Of a stretch of DNA of 64,000 nt, positions 1 through 10,808 are shown piece after piece. Origin of the DNA: Azolla caroliniana (Eukaryota > Plantae > Polypodiophyta). The stretch covers positions 10,168,001 to 10,232,000 of the forward strand of contig JBHGNT010000006.1 in the NCBI GenBank assembly GCA_043228905.1, read 5' to 3'. The stretch's first letter is position 1; every line of letters begins with the position of its first letter. Position numbers and translations under genes: made by a program. The notes under the pieces were generated by a model. That model made no database searches. It saw nothing but the letters and a program-made list of their open reading frames with translations, and was not told where the DNA came from.

Positions 1-1955
1 ACGTCGACTCGGAATTTATGTTTCAACTCTCCTTCAACCATCTGCTATCTCCAACCTACAACTGACGATTTAGGGGATGATAACTAGAAAAGAGAAACAT
101 TAGTAAAGATTGATCAAAGTCTAATGTTTAATTGGCCCAAGGATAAACCAGTACCACTAGATCCTTATACCGAAGAGGGGGAGAAAGAAGTTCAACGAAT
201 ATTACATCTACAAAGTATTGCCAACAATGCACGAGATGCTTTTGTTGACACTTTCAATATGAAGGTCTCTAACATTAATCCTGCTCGAATTTCGATTGAC
301 GAATCACCGACACATGTTGTAGAATCTCAAAGGAAGCGTGGGCAGCCTATCAGAGCAAAAGATAAACAATTAAGAAAGCGAAAACCAACAACTAAGGTTG
401 AGATTGAAGTTCCTATAGTATAAAATAGGACAATTAGTGAAGAGTCTCCAATTGCTAATTATGCTAATTCTAAGTTAATAACATGACAAGAGGTTAATGA
501 TATCTTCATTTTCTATGTCGAAGCAACTTTCCAGAACGAATCGGATCCTCAAACTATTCAAGAAGCAAAAGCATCTCCTTTTTGGGATAAGTGGAAAGAA
601 GCTATTCAGGCTGAGCTAAATAGTCTTCTCAAACGAGGAGTTTTTGGTAAAATTCAAGAGGCACCTATTGGTCATACACATGTTGGCTATCGTTGGGTTT
701 TTGTGCGGAAGCGTAATGATAAAGGAGAAGTTATTCGTTATAAGGCAAGGTTTGTTGCTCAAGGTTTCACGCAATGATTTGGTATTGATTATACTGATAT
801 ATATTCTCTGGTTATGGATGCAACGAGTTTTCATTGGTTGATTCATTTTACTATTCAACGAAGTCTTCATATGCGTCTCATGGATGTGGTTACAACCTAT
901 CTTTACGGTGACTTGGATAAAGATATATACATGAAGATACCTGAAGAACTTTGCAACTCTATGCAACTTGGAAAATTTTGCAGTCCATCGATCAAGTGTC
1001 GTATGGACTTAAATAAGTCGGTCATATGTGGTATCAACATCTCTTTCAATATGTTCTTTCTCATGGATTTAAAGATGATGATGATTTGTCCTTGCATATT
1101 TATCAAGCATCATCTCAAAGAATTTGTCATCATCTCTATTTATGTTGATGATCTCAATATTATTGGAACATCCAATGCTATTGAAAATGTTGTTGCTATG
1201 CTTAGCCGCCAATTTGATCCATACCAGAACTCGGTTTAACTACATTCTGCTTGGGTCTTCAGATCGAGCACCTATCTAATGGAATTCATCTTCATCAGAG
1301 CGCTAATATCCATAAATATTAAAATGGTTTTCTATGTATCAAGCTCATTTTATTAGAGCTCCTATGGCAGTGCGCTCTTTGGATCCTTCTCGTGACCCAT
1401 TTCGACCAAGATCTTCTAACGAGTCAACATTGGGACCATAGGATCCTTACATGGCTATTGTTGGTGCACTTATGTACTTGGCCAATTGTACGCATCCGGA
1501 CATTTCGTTCGCTGTCAATTTGTTGGCTCGGTATAGTCACGATCCTACCAGTCGACACTGGACTGGAATTTTAAGCAGATTTTCCGATATTTACGAGGCA
1601 CCAAAGATATGGGTATTTTCTTTACCAACGGTTCTATGCACGGTCAATTGACCGATTATTCTGACGTTGGGTTCTTATCTGACCCTCATGTTGGTAGATC
1701 ACAAACAAGATATGTTTTCCTTGTTGGTGGCACAACAATCTCTTGGCCATTGAGAAAGCAAACATTAGCTGCAACATCTTCAAATCATGTTGAGTGTCAC
1801 AGACATGACAACAGTCATGTCAAGATTTGAACTCTTGACCTCTTATATATAATCAAGTGTTATGTTCTAACCAACACGTCCAAATATATGGTCATGCTAT
1901 ATATATCTTAATAGATTATTTGTAGATTATCTATTTCAAGTTCTAGGACTTTTTA

Positions 1956-2047
1956 GAAAGTTCTAGAATTAGAAGGTTCTAGAGGGTTCTAGAATATTCT
2001 CCCGAATATTCTAATGCATGTACTTCGACTCACAGTATGTATAAATA
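1956..2047 (+). promoter_or_regulatory. Heat-shock element cluster plus TATA box in 5' LTR
   Basis: GAAagTTCtaGAA (1956-1968), GAAggTTCtaGAGggTTCtaGAAtaTTC (1972-1999), GAAtaTTC (2004-2011), TATAAATA (2040-2047). Confidence 0.75.
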
Positions 2048-2345
2048 CTTGTAACCTCCTTTGTCCCTTTCAAGGGATTCAACACCAGTCATTGACACAT
2101 CAATCTAGTATTCTTGTTTAGTCCCATCTTCTCTCCTTGATTTACATCTTTGTCTTTATGCTCTTGTATTTGTTCCTAGCATCTTAAGTTCCTCATCTCA
2201 TCGCTCCCAACTTCTTGAGTTTCTAGCCTCATCACGTCGAGTTCCACGTTCGTAACCTTATCGGTCATAGCCTTGTCATCTGGGCTTTGTCGTAGTCTAG
2301 CGTTGGTGTGTCTGTGACAGTTTGAATCCCATCCAACTGGAAGCA

Positions 2346-2950
2346 TTACCCGTCTTCGTCATCGCCCTTGCTTCTAGAGTTACCATCGTCACTGTCATTG
2401 GTTCTAGACTTATCATCATCAAGATCCCTTTGTTTTCTATCTTTCGTGCCATCTCTATCTCTTAGTTTCATCTCATCATCGTCTTTGTCTTTTAGATTCT
2501 TCTCATTCTTCACATCTCTATCTCCTAGTTTCTTCTCATCATCATCTCTATCTCTGCACTTCTTATCATCTTCCACATCCCTATCTTTGCATTTTTTGTC
2601 ATTGTCATCCTTCTCCTTGTTTTTCCTACCATTTTCATCTCTATCTATGTGTTTCTTATTATCTTCGTCACTTTCTCTACGTTTCCTATCACCTTCATCC
2701 CTGTCTTTGTGTTTTCTATCATCCTTTGTATATGTGTCTTTGTGTTTCTTCAGAACCTCAACATCTCGATCTCTATGTTTCTTATCCTCTTCATCTCTTT
2801 CTCCGCTTCCATCATTGCCATAATCAAAGTCGTTGCTTCCAAAGTCGCTTTGTCAACATCATTGCCTTCATTGCTTCATCTTCAACATCTTCATCTTCAA
2901 CCCGCTTGTTGTCGTCATCAACACTACTTTGCCTAGTTGTCATTGTCGTT
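2346..2950 (-). pseudogene. Decayed antisense ORF for a highly charged D/E/K/R repeat protein inside the non-autonomous element
   Basis: The minus frame is open from 2852 to stop at 2346 (168 codons, no ATG) with ~10-aa repeats such as KKHRDRDxExx. Acidic sequence continues upstream across frameshifts. Confidence 0.45.
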
Positions 2951-2959
2951 GAGTGTTCC

Positions 2960-4081
2960 AATTCCCAGTGAGGACCGTGCAGGGTCACTCACATCCATTG
3001 GTGTTCTGTCTCTGGTGAGGATTGCACATGGTCGCTTGCGCCCTTTCGTGTTCGCGTCTCCAGTGAGGACCGTACATGGTCTCTCACGCTCGTTGGTGTT
3101 CCAGTTCCCGGTGAGGACAGCACATGGTCGCTCACGTCCGTTGGTGTTCATGTCTCCAGTGAAGACCGCACATGGTCGCTCATTTCCATTGGTGTTCTTG
3201 TCTCCAGTGAAGACCGTACATGGTCTCTCACACCCTTGGTGTTCATTTCACACACTTGGTCGCTCACACCCATTGGTGTTCCAGTTCCCGATGAGGACCG
3301 CACATGATCGCTCATGTCCATTGGTGTTCCGATTCCCTATGAGGACCGCACATGGTTGCTCACATTTGTTGGTGTTCGTGTCTCCAGTGAGGACCACACA
3401 TGGTCACTCACGCCCGTTGGTGTTCACGTTTCCGGTGAGGACCGTACATGGTCTCTCACGCCCGTTGGTGTTCCAATTCCCAATGAGGACTGCACATGGT
3501 CGATCACATCTGTTGGTGTTCGTGTTTCCGGTGAGGACCACACATGGTCACTCACGCTCGTTGGTGTTCCAATTCCCGGTGAGGACCACACATGGTCGCT
3601 CATTTCCTTTGGTGTTTGTGTCTCCGGTGAGGACCGTACATGGTCACTCACGCCTGTTGGTGTTCCAATTCCCGATGAGGACCGCACATGGTTGCTCATG
3701 TCCGTTGGTGTTCATGTCTCCGGTGAGGACCGCACATGGTCGCTCACGTTCGTTGGTGTTCCAGTTCCCAATGAGGACCACACATGGTCGCTCACGTCTG
3801 TTGGTGTTCCTATCTACGGTGAGGACCACACATGGTCGCGCACTCATGTTGGTGCTCCAGTCTCTGGTGAGGACCGCACATGGTCGCTCATGCTTGTTGG
3901 TGTTCCAGTTCCAAGTGAGGACCATACATGGTCACTCACACTCACGTTGGTGTTCCAGTCTCCGGTGAGAACCAAACGTGATCACTCACGTTCGTGTTCT
4001 TGTATCCGATGAGGACCACACATGGTTGCTCACGTTTACCTGTGCTCCTATTTCTACTGAAGACTGTTCATGGTCACTCAC
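2960..4081 (+). repeat. Tandem array of ~24 x 48-bp units (hairpin-forming minisatellite)
   Basis: Consensus RTGAGGACCRYACATGGTCNCTCAYGYYCGTTGGTGTTC(CAGTTCCCG or GTGTCTCCR). GAGGAC recurs every 48 bp, with one shortened unit near 3245 and one lengthened near 3940. Confidence 0.95.
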
Positions 4082-4322
4082 TCCTCAAAGTACTTTGGTT
4101 TTCTCTTTCAACTCACCTCTACACCATGCTTTCGAAAAGGCGGACGTAAAGGGGAGGATAATGTCACAGACATGACAACAGTCATGTTAAGATTTGAACT
4201 CTTGACCTCTTATATATAGTCAAGTGTTGTGTTCTAACTAACACATCCAAATATATGGTCATGTTATGTATATCTTAATAGATTATTCGTAGATTATCTA
4301 TTTCAAGTTCTAGGAATTTTTA

Positions 4323-4414
4323 GAAAGTTCTAGAATTAGAAGGTTCTAGAGGGTTCTAGAATATTCTCCCAAATATTCTAATGCATGTACTTCGACTCAC
4401 AATATGTATAAATA
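4323..4414 (+). promoter_or_regulatory. Heat-shock element cluster plus TATA box in 3' LTR
   Basis: HSE core 4323-4366 is identical to the 5' LTR copy; TATAAATA at 4407-4414. Confidence 0.75.
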
Positions 4415-4806
4415 CTTGTAACCTCCTTGGTCCCTTTCAAGGGATTCAACACCAGTCATTGACACATCAATCTAATATTCTTGTTTAGTCCCATCTTCTC
4501 TCCTTGATTCACATCTTTGTCTTTATGCTATTGTATTTGTTCCTAGCGTCTTAAGTTCCTCATCTCATCGCTCCCAACTTCCCGAGTTTCTAGCTTCATC
4601 ACGTCGAGTTCCACATTCGTAACCTTATCGGTCGTAGCCTTGTCATCTATGCTTTGTCGTAGTCTAGCGTTGGTGTGTCTGTGACACTGAGATATTTTTA
4701 CCAAAAGCTTACCTGCATCAAAACATTGGCTAAACATTCCTTCTCTTGGACTTAGAAGATTATCAAAGTTGATGAGCTAAAACAATGATGATGAGATGAG
4801 GGGGAG

Positions 4807-5068
4807 TGTTATGAACTCATGCATGAAATGAGTCATGCTATATCTATCTTAGTCTTAAGTTTTGGTTAACAAGACTTCATTATATAAATAGTATGCATGC
4901 ATCCCATCATCTTGTGGGTCATAAACTCATGTATCTCAATCATTTTGGATTATATAGAGAAGAGCATAGCTTATGAGCTCTATCGAGAGATTATATTGTT
5001 ATGTGATTAGTGATTTGAGTTAATATCTAATCACTCTTTGATCTTGCTTAATAGTCTATTCTATAACA
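4807..5068 (+). repeat. 3' LTR of Copia A (~262 bp)
   Basis: Starts TGTTAT directly after the PPT and ends ATAACA (inverted termini); contains TATATAAATA. The partner LTR is not in the window. Confidence 0.7.
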
Positions 5069-5454
5069 CATACACATATTGTCTAGAGTTGAGTTGCAAA
5101 GCCCACAAGGGGTTGAGCTCATACTTCATACATTAGTCAAAGTCACAATAAAAGATAAAGTTGGGAAGTGTTTGTTTGTTGTCCCACATCCTTGAATCAC
5201 AAAACCTTAGTTAGAGTTGCAACTCACAATTGGAGGGCAAGTGTTTGTTTGTTAATTAGTTATGGATAAATTGAATTCATGTAGCCAAAGTGCATGTACC
5301 ATCAACTTGAGTGGATACCAAGTCTCTTTACATTTAAGAGTATGCACTAGCTTATAGTCAATCGATCATAACTCTATGGTTAGTGAGAATCAACACATCT
5401 TTAAATGTAGTCTCAAGGCAATTCACTTCATTCAATGACGGTTAGGAATCGGCA

Positions 5455-5669
5455 ACGGTTTGGTTTCGGCTTAACTAGTTTGGCCTTGTCCAAACCAAAC
5501 CGGTTAAGCCTTAACCAGTTTGAGAGTTTCCAAGCTTGAACCAAACCGGTTTAGGAGTCATGTTGGCTCTACACGGTTGGGTTTGGCTTGAGCCTTGCCA
5601 AACTGAACTCAAACCGGTTAAGGAGGCTCAAGCATGAACCAAAGCAAACCACTAAACCACCAAACCGTT
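5455..5669. mobile_element. Probable non-autonomous DNA transposon remnant (MITE/hAT-like)
   Basis: Inverted 10-mers AACGGTTTGG...CCAAACCGTT at the ends, three internal AAACCGGTT palindromes, many AACC/GGTT motifs. No TSD identified. Confidence 0.4.
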
Positions 5670-5882
5670 CAGAAACGGTTTATGAGAAGTGAAGTGATTG
5701 TGAAATATGATTGATGATGAAAGCCATTATAGAATTGGGAAGGACCCTACATCTAACAACTTTCTTTGCCTGAGACATTCCTAATGTTTCCGAAAATAGA
5801 AAGCTTTCAGATTTTTAGGTAATGGAGTGGTGGTATTCATACGAAGAAGGGGTGAAGGAGAATCCAGAGGTTTCTGTGCAAG

Positions 5883-7857
5883 ATGAGTCTCTCTACAGAA
5901 ATGCGTTCTTTCTTATCAATCATGTGCAGGGTGTATGGAGACCCTCCTTCCTCTAACACGTTGACATGGGGCCCAAAACCCTACGGAAGCCATAGCTATA
6001 GCTCGAAGAAGAAGAAGAAGAGATACCTATGGACCGATGCGTTTGGTGTGTGCAACTTCATAACACTATTCAAGGAATGTGGAGACAACCCCATGTACCT
6101 TGACATGGCAGATGCCCTTATCACTGATGTCCACGAGACACTTGGTCGGCATCGTCATGGCGCCCATTCAAGACTTGGGCGTGCATCAGATGATTCGCCT
6201 CTTCTGGGCGGCCTTAGGATTGGGAAAGAAGCCGAAGAAGATGAGGAAGATGGTGATGGCCAATATTTCCATTACTTGACGAAGTGGATGTTTGGTATGC
6301 ATTTTATACTTACCATTGCTTACTTTATGTGGATACAAGTTACCATTACTTCCTTTGTTTTTTCACACTCGTTGAATGGATGCATATGTTTGATATGGTT
6401 GTTTGTAATCTGGTATGATTCTGTACATATTAAAATTTAATGCATGCTCATGGTGGTAGTGCTCATATGAAGGAAATGATCTCCTTGTCTAGATGTCATT
6501 TATGAGTCAAATTGATTCCTTTGTCTAGATGGCAGTTGAATTGGCCTACAAGTAAAAAGGAACGTGTAGCTAATGCTCATACATAAAGTTGTAAAGTGAA
6601 GAAATTTATGAATAGATTGATTTCTCTACCTAGGTGCCAGTCAAGTAATTAAACTACTACAAAAAAACAAACTTGTTGTTAATGTTCGTACATACAATAA
6701 TTGATCGATTATATATAGAAATGATGTAATTTTGGTTCATCATCTGCACATATAATCTGACCAGGGATGGATCCATTTCATAGTTACCGTACTGGCTGTC
6801 ACGATGAGGTCATCCTGTCTTGGGCTGAACCTGGGTAAGCAGTATGGGTCAAAGTTGAATCGCGAACCCTAGAATAGTGGCCACAAACTTGATAGTCTAG
6901 ACCAATTTGAAGAGCAGTTAATACTAGTCAAAAAATTGAGTTTGATGTGCCTTGATTGGGTAAGAAAGACTGTTTGATCAAACAAGGAACTTCTTGTGAG
7001 ATTCAACCTTGTCACTACAGTTTCCATTTGAATACTCAGGAATTGAGGCCGCTCCAATACTCCTGCATGAACCAAACCGACTAAATACATATTTATGATG
7101 ATGATTGCTCCAATGAAGCTGAATAGGTCCAAGGATGGAGAAAGACCGTCTCAACGTTGAAGATTAGATTGCAAATACGGAACCAAACATGTAATGGATC
7201 TAACTCAAATCAAGCTATTGAAGGGTAAACACCGAAATACCTCAATGTTCCAAAACTGAGATTAGAGGATTGTAGGTCAGTTGGTAAGGTTGTTTGGCAG
7301 AGCTCATAAACCTAGTGAGATTTGAACTTTGATGCATTAGAGGGAGAGGGAGAGGGTGAGATGCTGTGTGGTATTTGAGATTTTATTGCTTAATTGTGTA
7401 TGGTATGAGAGAGAGAGAGAGAGATGTTGTGTAGGATTTGAGATTGTATTGCTTAATTGTGTATGGTATTTTCACAGCCCTTAATAGAATGAGTATAGCA
7501 AGGAACAATGAACACTACAATGATCTTGCCATTGAGCTTGCAAAGTCAGTGCATAAACATTTTGTATATGACACGCACAAAGCAAGACCGCGAATGTATT
7601 GGAAAATGAGCATCGACTTGTCGAGGCCTTTGGTTTGGTCAGAAGGGTGAGACTCATTTCTTACATGCCTCAAAAAAAAACAATGTGTGTGTGTATGTGC
7701 ATGCGTGTGTTGAAGAAATGTCTCAATGATCAAGAGTACTCATCCTTTTTGTCGCTTTGAAAGTTTACCAAAATATCCCTCTTATTTATTAAATCCGTCA
7801 AATTTGTTGAAATATTCAAAATACTATTCTCTCCAAAGCTCCTATTTGGTCTCTCAA

Positions 7858-7889
<32 letters not shown>

Positions 7890-9437
7890 CAATGGAGACC
7901 AGGTGGTTATGGGTTCAACCCCTACATTCCACAGTGGCATCTAGTGAATTAAGAGATATATAAGGAGTATATAATAGAGAGGTAAGTAAAATTGGGTTTC
8001 GAACCCAAGACATAGTGGCTTATAGTGTAACAACTTACCAATAGGTTAAGCTAATTACGATAAAAATAAAAAATAAAGAGAGAGAGAGAGGAGGGAAAAT
8101 GAGTGGTGTTTTTTGGAATTTCGTGAAGCATTAAGATTAGTTTTGTAGATTTTCCATGTTTTAAAGTTTTTGAATTTTGTAAAATGTAAATTTGTGTAGG
8201 AACCTAGACCCTTTCGATGGTTACATGACATATCGGGTTCTTGCCCATCGGTGCACCAGATCAAATGATATTTTGAACATGGAAATTGCACAGATGCAAA
8301 GGATGGTGTTGAACAAGTATAAACATTATACAAGCAACGACCCTTTAGATTTAGGAGAAGCTCTTTGGATATGCCATTGGTTTGTGGATGATCATGGTAG
8401 AGAGGTATTGGGAAGAGAAGAATGGGCATTACATGTTACCAATGTGTCGCTCAAAGCTCTTGGTAACTACTCTCTAAATTCCTCATGTCACCTCATGTGA
8501 AACATGTGAAAAAGGAAACAATGAAAAATAAAACATTTTCTGTGTTAAATGACAAATAATTTTATATGTAGTTACAATATGCATATGAACCAAGGGGAAT
8601 TAATGAGCTCAAGGCAATGTATTTCGAGAAAAAACCTATTACATGAGAAAATTTAGGGAAACTTTGAAATATTCATGGCTGCTTTGAGATTTCATTATTT
8701 TGCTCAACCCATTAAAAAGAGAAAAGGGGGACGAATTGTACCATAAATTGATCAAGTAACACAGTAGAAAAAATGGGAATAAAATGACGATATAATTGAA
8801 AAAATGGGGATAAAATAACAATATAATTGATGAAATCACACGTTTAATTGCTCTCTTTTTGGGGGGGGGGGGGGGATGACCACAGGTATGCGAGGAAATA
8901 ATGGAAACTTGGAAGCATTTGAGAAAATAATGAACACATTTTAGTATTTCAAAGTCTTCTCCCGTGGAATTATATTAGAAAAATTGAGAAATGAAAGGCA
9001 CCATCTCAGAAACTCAAACTAAATACATCTTCCTTTCCAGAGAGGAGTGAATAGTGGGCTATTTGAACAAGGAATAATTTAAGAGTTCTTTTACCCTCCA
9101 CAAAAGTTAGGATGTTGGATGTAGAGTTGTGAGTTATATTAGCTTTTTCCATGATTTTAATTGTGATCATTATCAAATATGTTCCATATTAGAACAACTC
9201 TATGCTGTTGGCCTTTTCACAAAGTATCCAAGTTCGTATCGCTTGGCTTTTCGAGAATTCGGCACAACAATTGGGCTTCAAGTTAACCCACTTGCAAATG
9301 CAAGCTTATGGACACCAAGAGTAAAAGAAATAAATGCTCGCTGGAGTGATGATATATTTGAGAGAGATGCAGATATCACGCCTGTGATGTATTGCACGAG
9401 TCTAAATCCAGGTCCCTTCAAGAGAGGGTACCTCTAA
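5883..9437 (+). CDS. Uncharacterised conserved protein (362 aa) of a family otherwise familiar from fungi/bacteria; exons 5883-6294, 7478-7646, 8200-8462, 9193-9437
   Basis: All introns are GT-AG and the exons sum to 1089 nt in frame. Splicing restores continuous motifs [67 protein letters not shown] and RLAFREFG. Confidence 0.85.
7993..8055 (-). mobile_element. Degenerate tRNA-derived (SINE-like) fragment in intron 2 of gene 1
   Basis: Minus strand has TAACCTATTGG (A-box-like) followed at roughly tRNA spacing by GGGTTCGAAACCC (B-box-like). No cloverleaf. Confidence 0.3.
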
Positions 9438-10808
9438 GTATGCCTGTTTCCTGTGCTCTCTTTTTCCTTACCTTGGATTTCTGTATATGTTTATAGGTTG
9501 TACATAATGTGAAGACACTAGTATGTCTCGGCGATCAAAGTCGTCCTTTAGTGTATATGGTTGTAGCTCTAAATTTGATAATGTGTTAAGAAATTTCATA
9601 ATGAACTTCTAGTTTTGGATATTCCATATTGTTTTTGTAACCTTAAAAAGAAAGCAAAATCTTTTTTTCAAAGCCCAAGTATATGTTTTGGTACTCCATT
9701 GAGAGCATCAAACAAGGCGCATTCTTGCTCTTTCTCCCAACATGCATATATACATGCTCATCTCGAATTTCCATATGTATACATGCTCACCAAATGTATA
9801 GCACTACCTCACGCTTAGCGCCAATGATTTTTATCATAAAAAAAACAAATTGTGCCTTCACTTGGTTAGGCAACAATAACAATAGCATGGCATCTGATAA
9901 ATGAGACATCATATTCATAAAAAGATTTAGTTCATTCAATAGTTTTACTATCTCCCATGACATATACATTGCATCCAGCCCTAGTGGGTGGCCCACCTGG
10001 TTCAACGCAATCTACCCCGCTGTAACCTTTATAAATAACATCCTCGTGCCATACATCTTCATATTGTTAATCTTTTGATTGTAAGGTATCTTTTGACCCA
10101 GGAGGTCATGGGTAAGAGAGAGAGAGAGAGAGAAAGAGAGATCTATTATATTTGAAAGGTTAGTAATTTAAATAACACACACCCCTTTTGGTTTCAATTT
10201 GATATGATACCTGTTGCTATTCATTCTTATAATAATAACATAGTACAAAACCCTAACATTTTTAAAAGGGTTGAAGTAATGTAGATATGATCGGTTTGTA
10301 GTAATAATATAAAATGGCTTCTTTATATTATCATATTAAGAAGATTATAATCGTGGATGCAAAGTTCAATCCTTGTTGGGTGTATTATTTGATGATTGAA
10401 TTTGTAAGGCAAGCATGGAGTTTGAATATCATACCAACTCTAAGCCTTTTTCTAGGTTTGAGGCATTCCAATATTGAGTTACTACCTTACTTAGCGAAGT
10501 ATCCCAACATATTGCAATGTTTTGATTAACTTCACGATTGCAATCTATGGTTCAAAGAAAGCCCTTGATATCCCAAGTAAAATTCCTTGTTAAATGGAGG
10601 GCTCCCGTAGTTGGGGCACCATGCCTTGGTCAAATTCAAATGTATAATAAACATGAAATACATACATGTATTGATAAAGTTAGTGAATTGCAACATTACA
10701 CATAGCAATGGTTTGAAATGTACATTCATTGCATGAACACAGCTGTTTATTTTTAGTTTGAGATTCACATTGATATCACAATTTTTCGTAACATAGAGAA
10801 TAAATTGT

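Larger units (their letters stand above)
1795..4686 (+). mobile_element. Non-autonomous LTR retroelement (2892 bp, no gag/pol) nested in the Copia A RNase H region
   Basis: Two 525-bp LTRs (1795-2319, 4162-4686), about 23 differences by eye, with 11-bp terminal inverted repeats TGTCACAGACA/TGTCTGTGACA. TSD TTGAG/CTGAG (1 mismatch). PPT AAAGGGGAGGATAA at 4148-4161. No RT/INT motifs inside and no canonical TGG-type PBS recognised. Confidence 0.92.
1..5068 (+). mobile_element. Decayed Ty1/Copia LTR retrotransposon A (3' part: RT, RNase H, PPT, 3' LTR), interrupted by insertion 1795-4686
   Basis: Copia RT/RH motifs across frameshifts and stops: YKARFVAQGF, MDVVTTYLYGDL, YVDDLNIIG, ALMYLANCTHPDISFAV, ATSSNH, and after the insertion DIFTKSLP. 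PPT GATGAGGGGGAG ends at 4806. The 5' part lies outside the window. Confidence 0.9.

Noticed and set aside
3291-3315. Resemblance of ATGAGGACCGCACATG to the phage MS2 operator
   Set aside because: Short chance similarity; the bulge side, loop and pairing register differ. Used only as an analogy.
2937-4012. 343-aa and 232-aa ORFs over the 48-bp array as real proteins
   Set aside because: A 48-bp unit without stops keeps several frames open automatically. No ATG start and no domain similarity recognised.
2960-4081. CRISPR-like array (palindromic repeat plus spacer)
   Set aside because: The 23-nt linkers are near-identical rather than unique, there are no cas genes, and the context is a eukaryotic LTR element.
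6760-7330. Coding-like stretch in gene 1 intron 1 as an extra exon or TE
   Set aside because: Exons 1 and 2 already join the conserved motif seamlessly, and no recognisable domain or termini were found.
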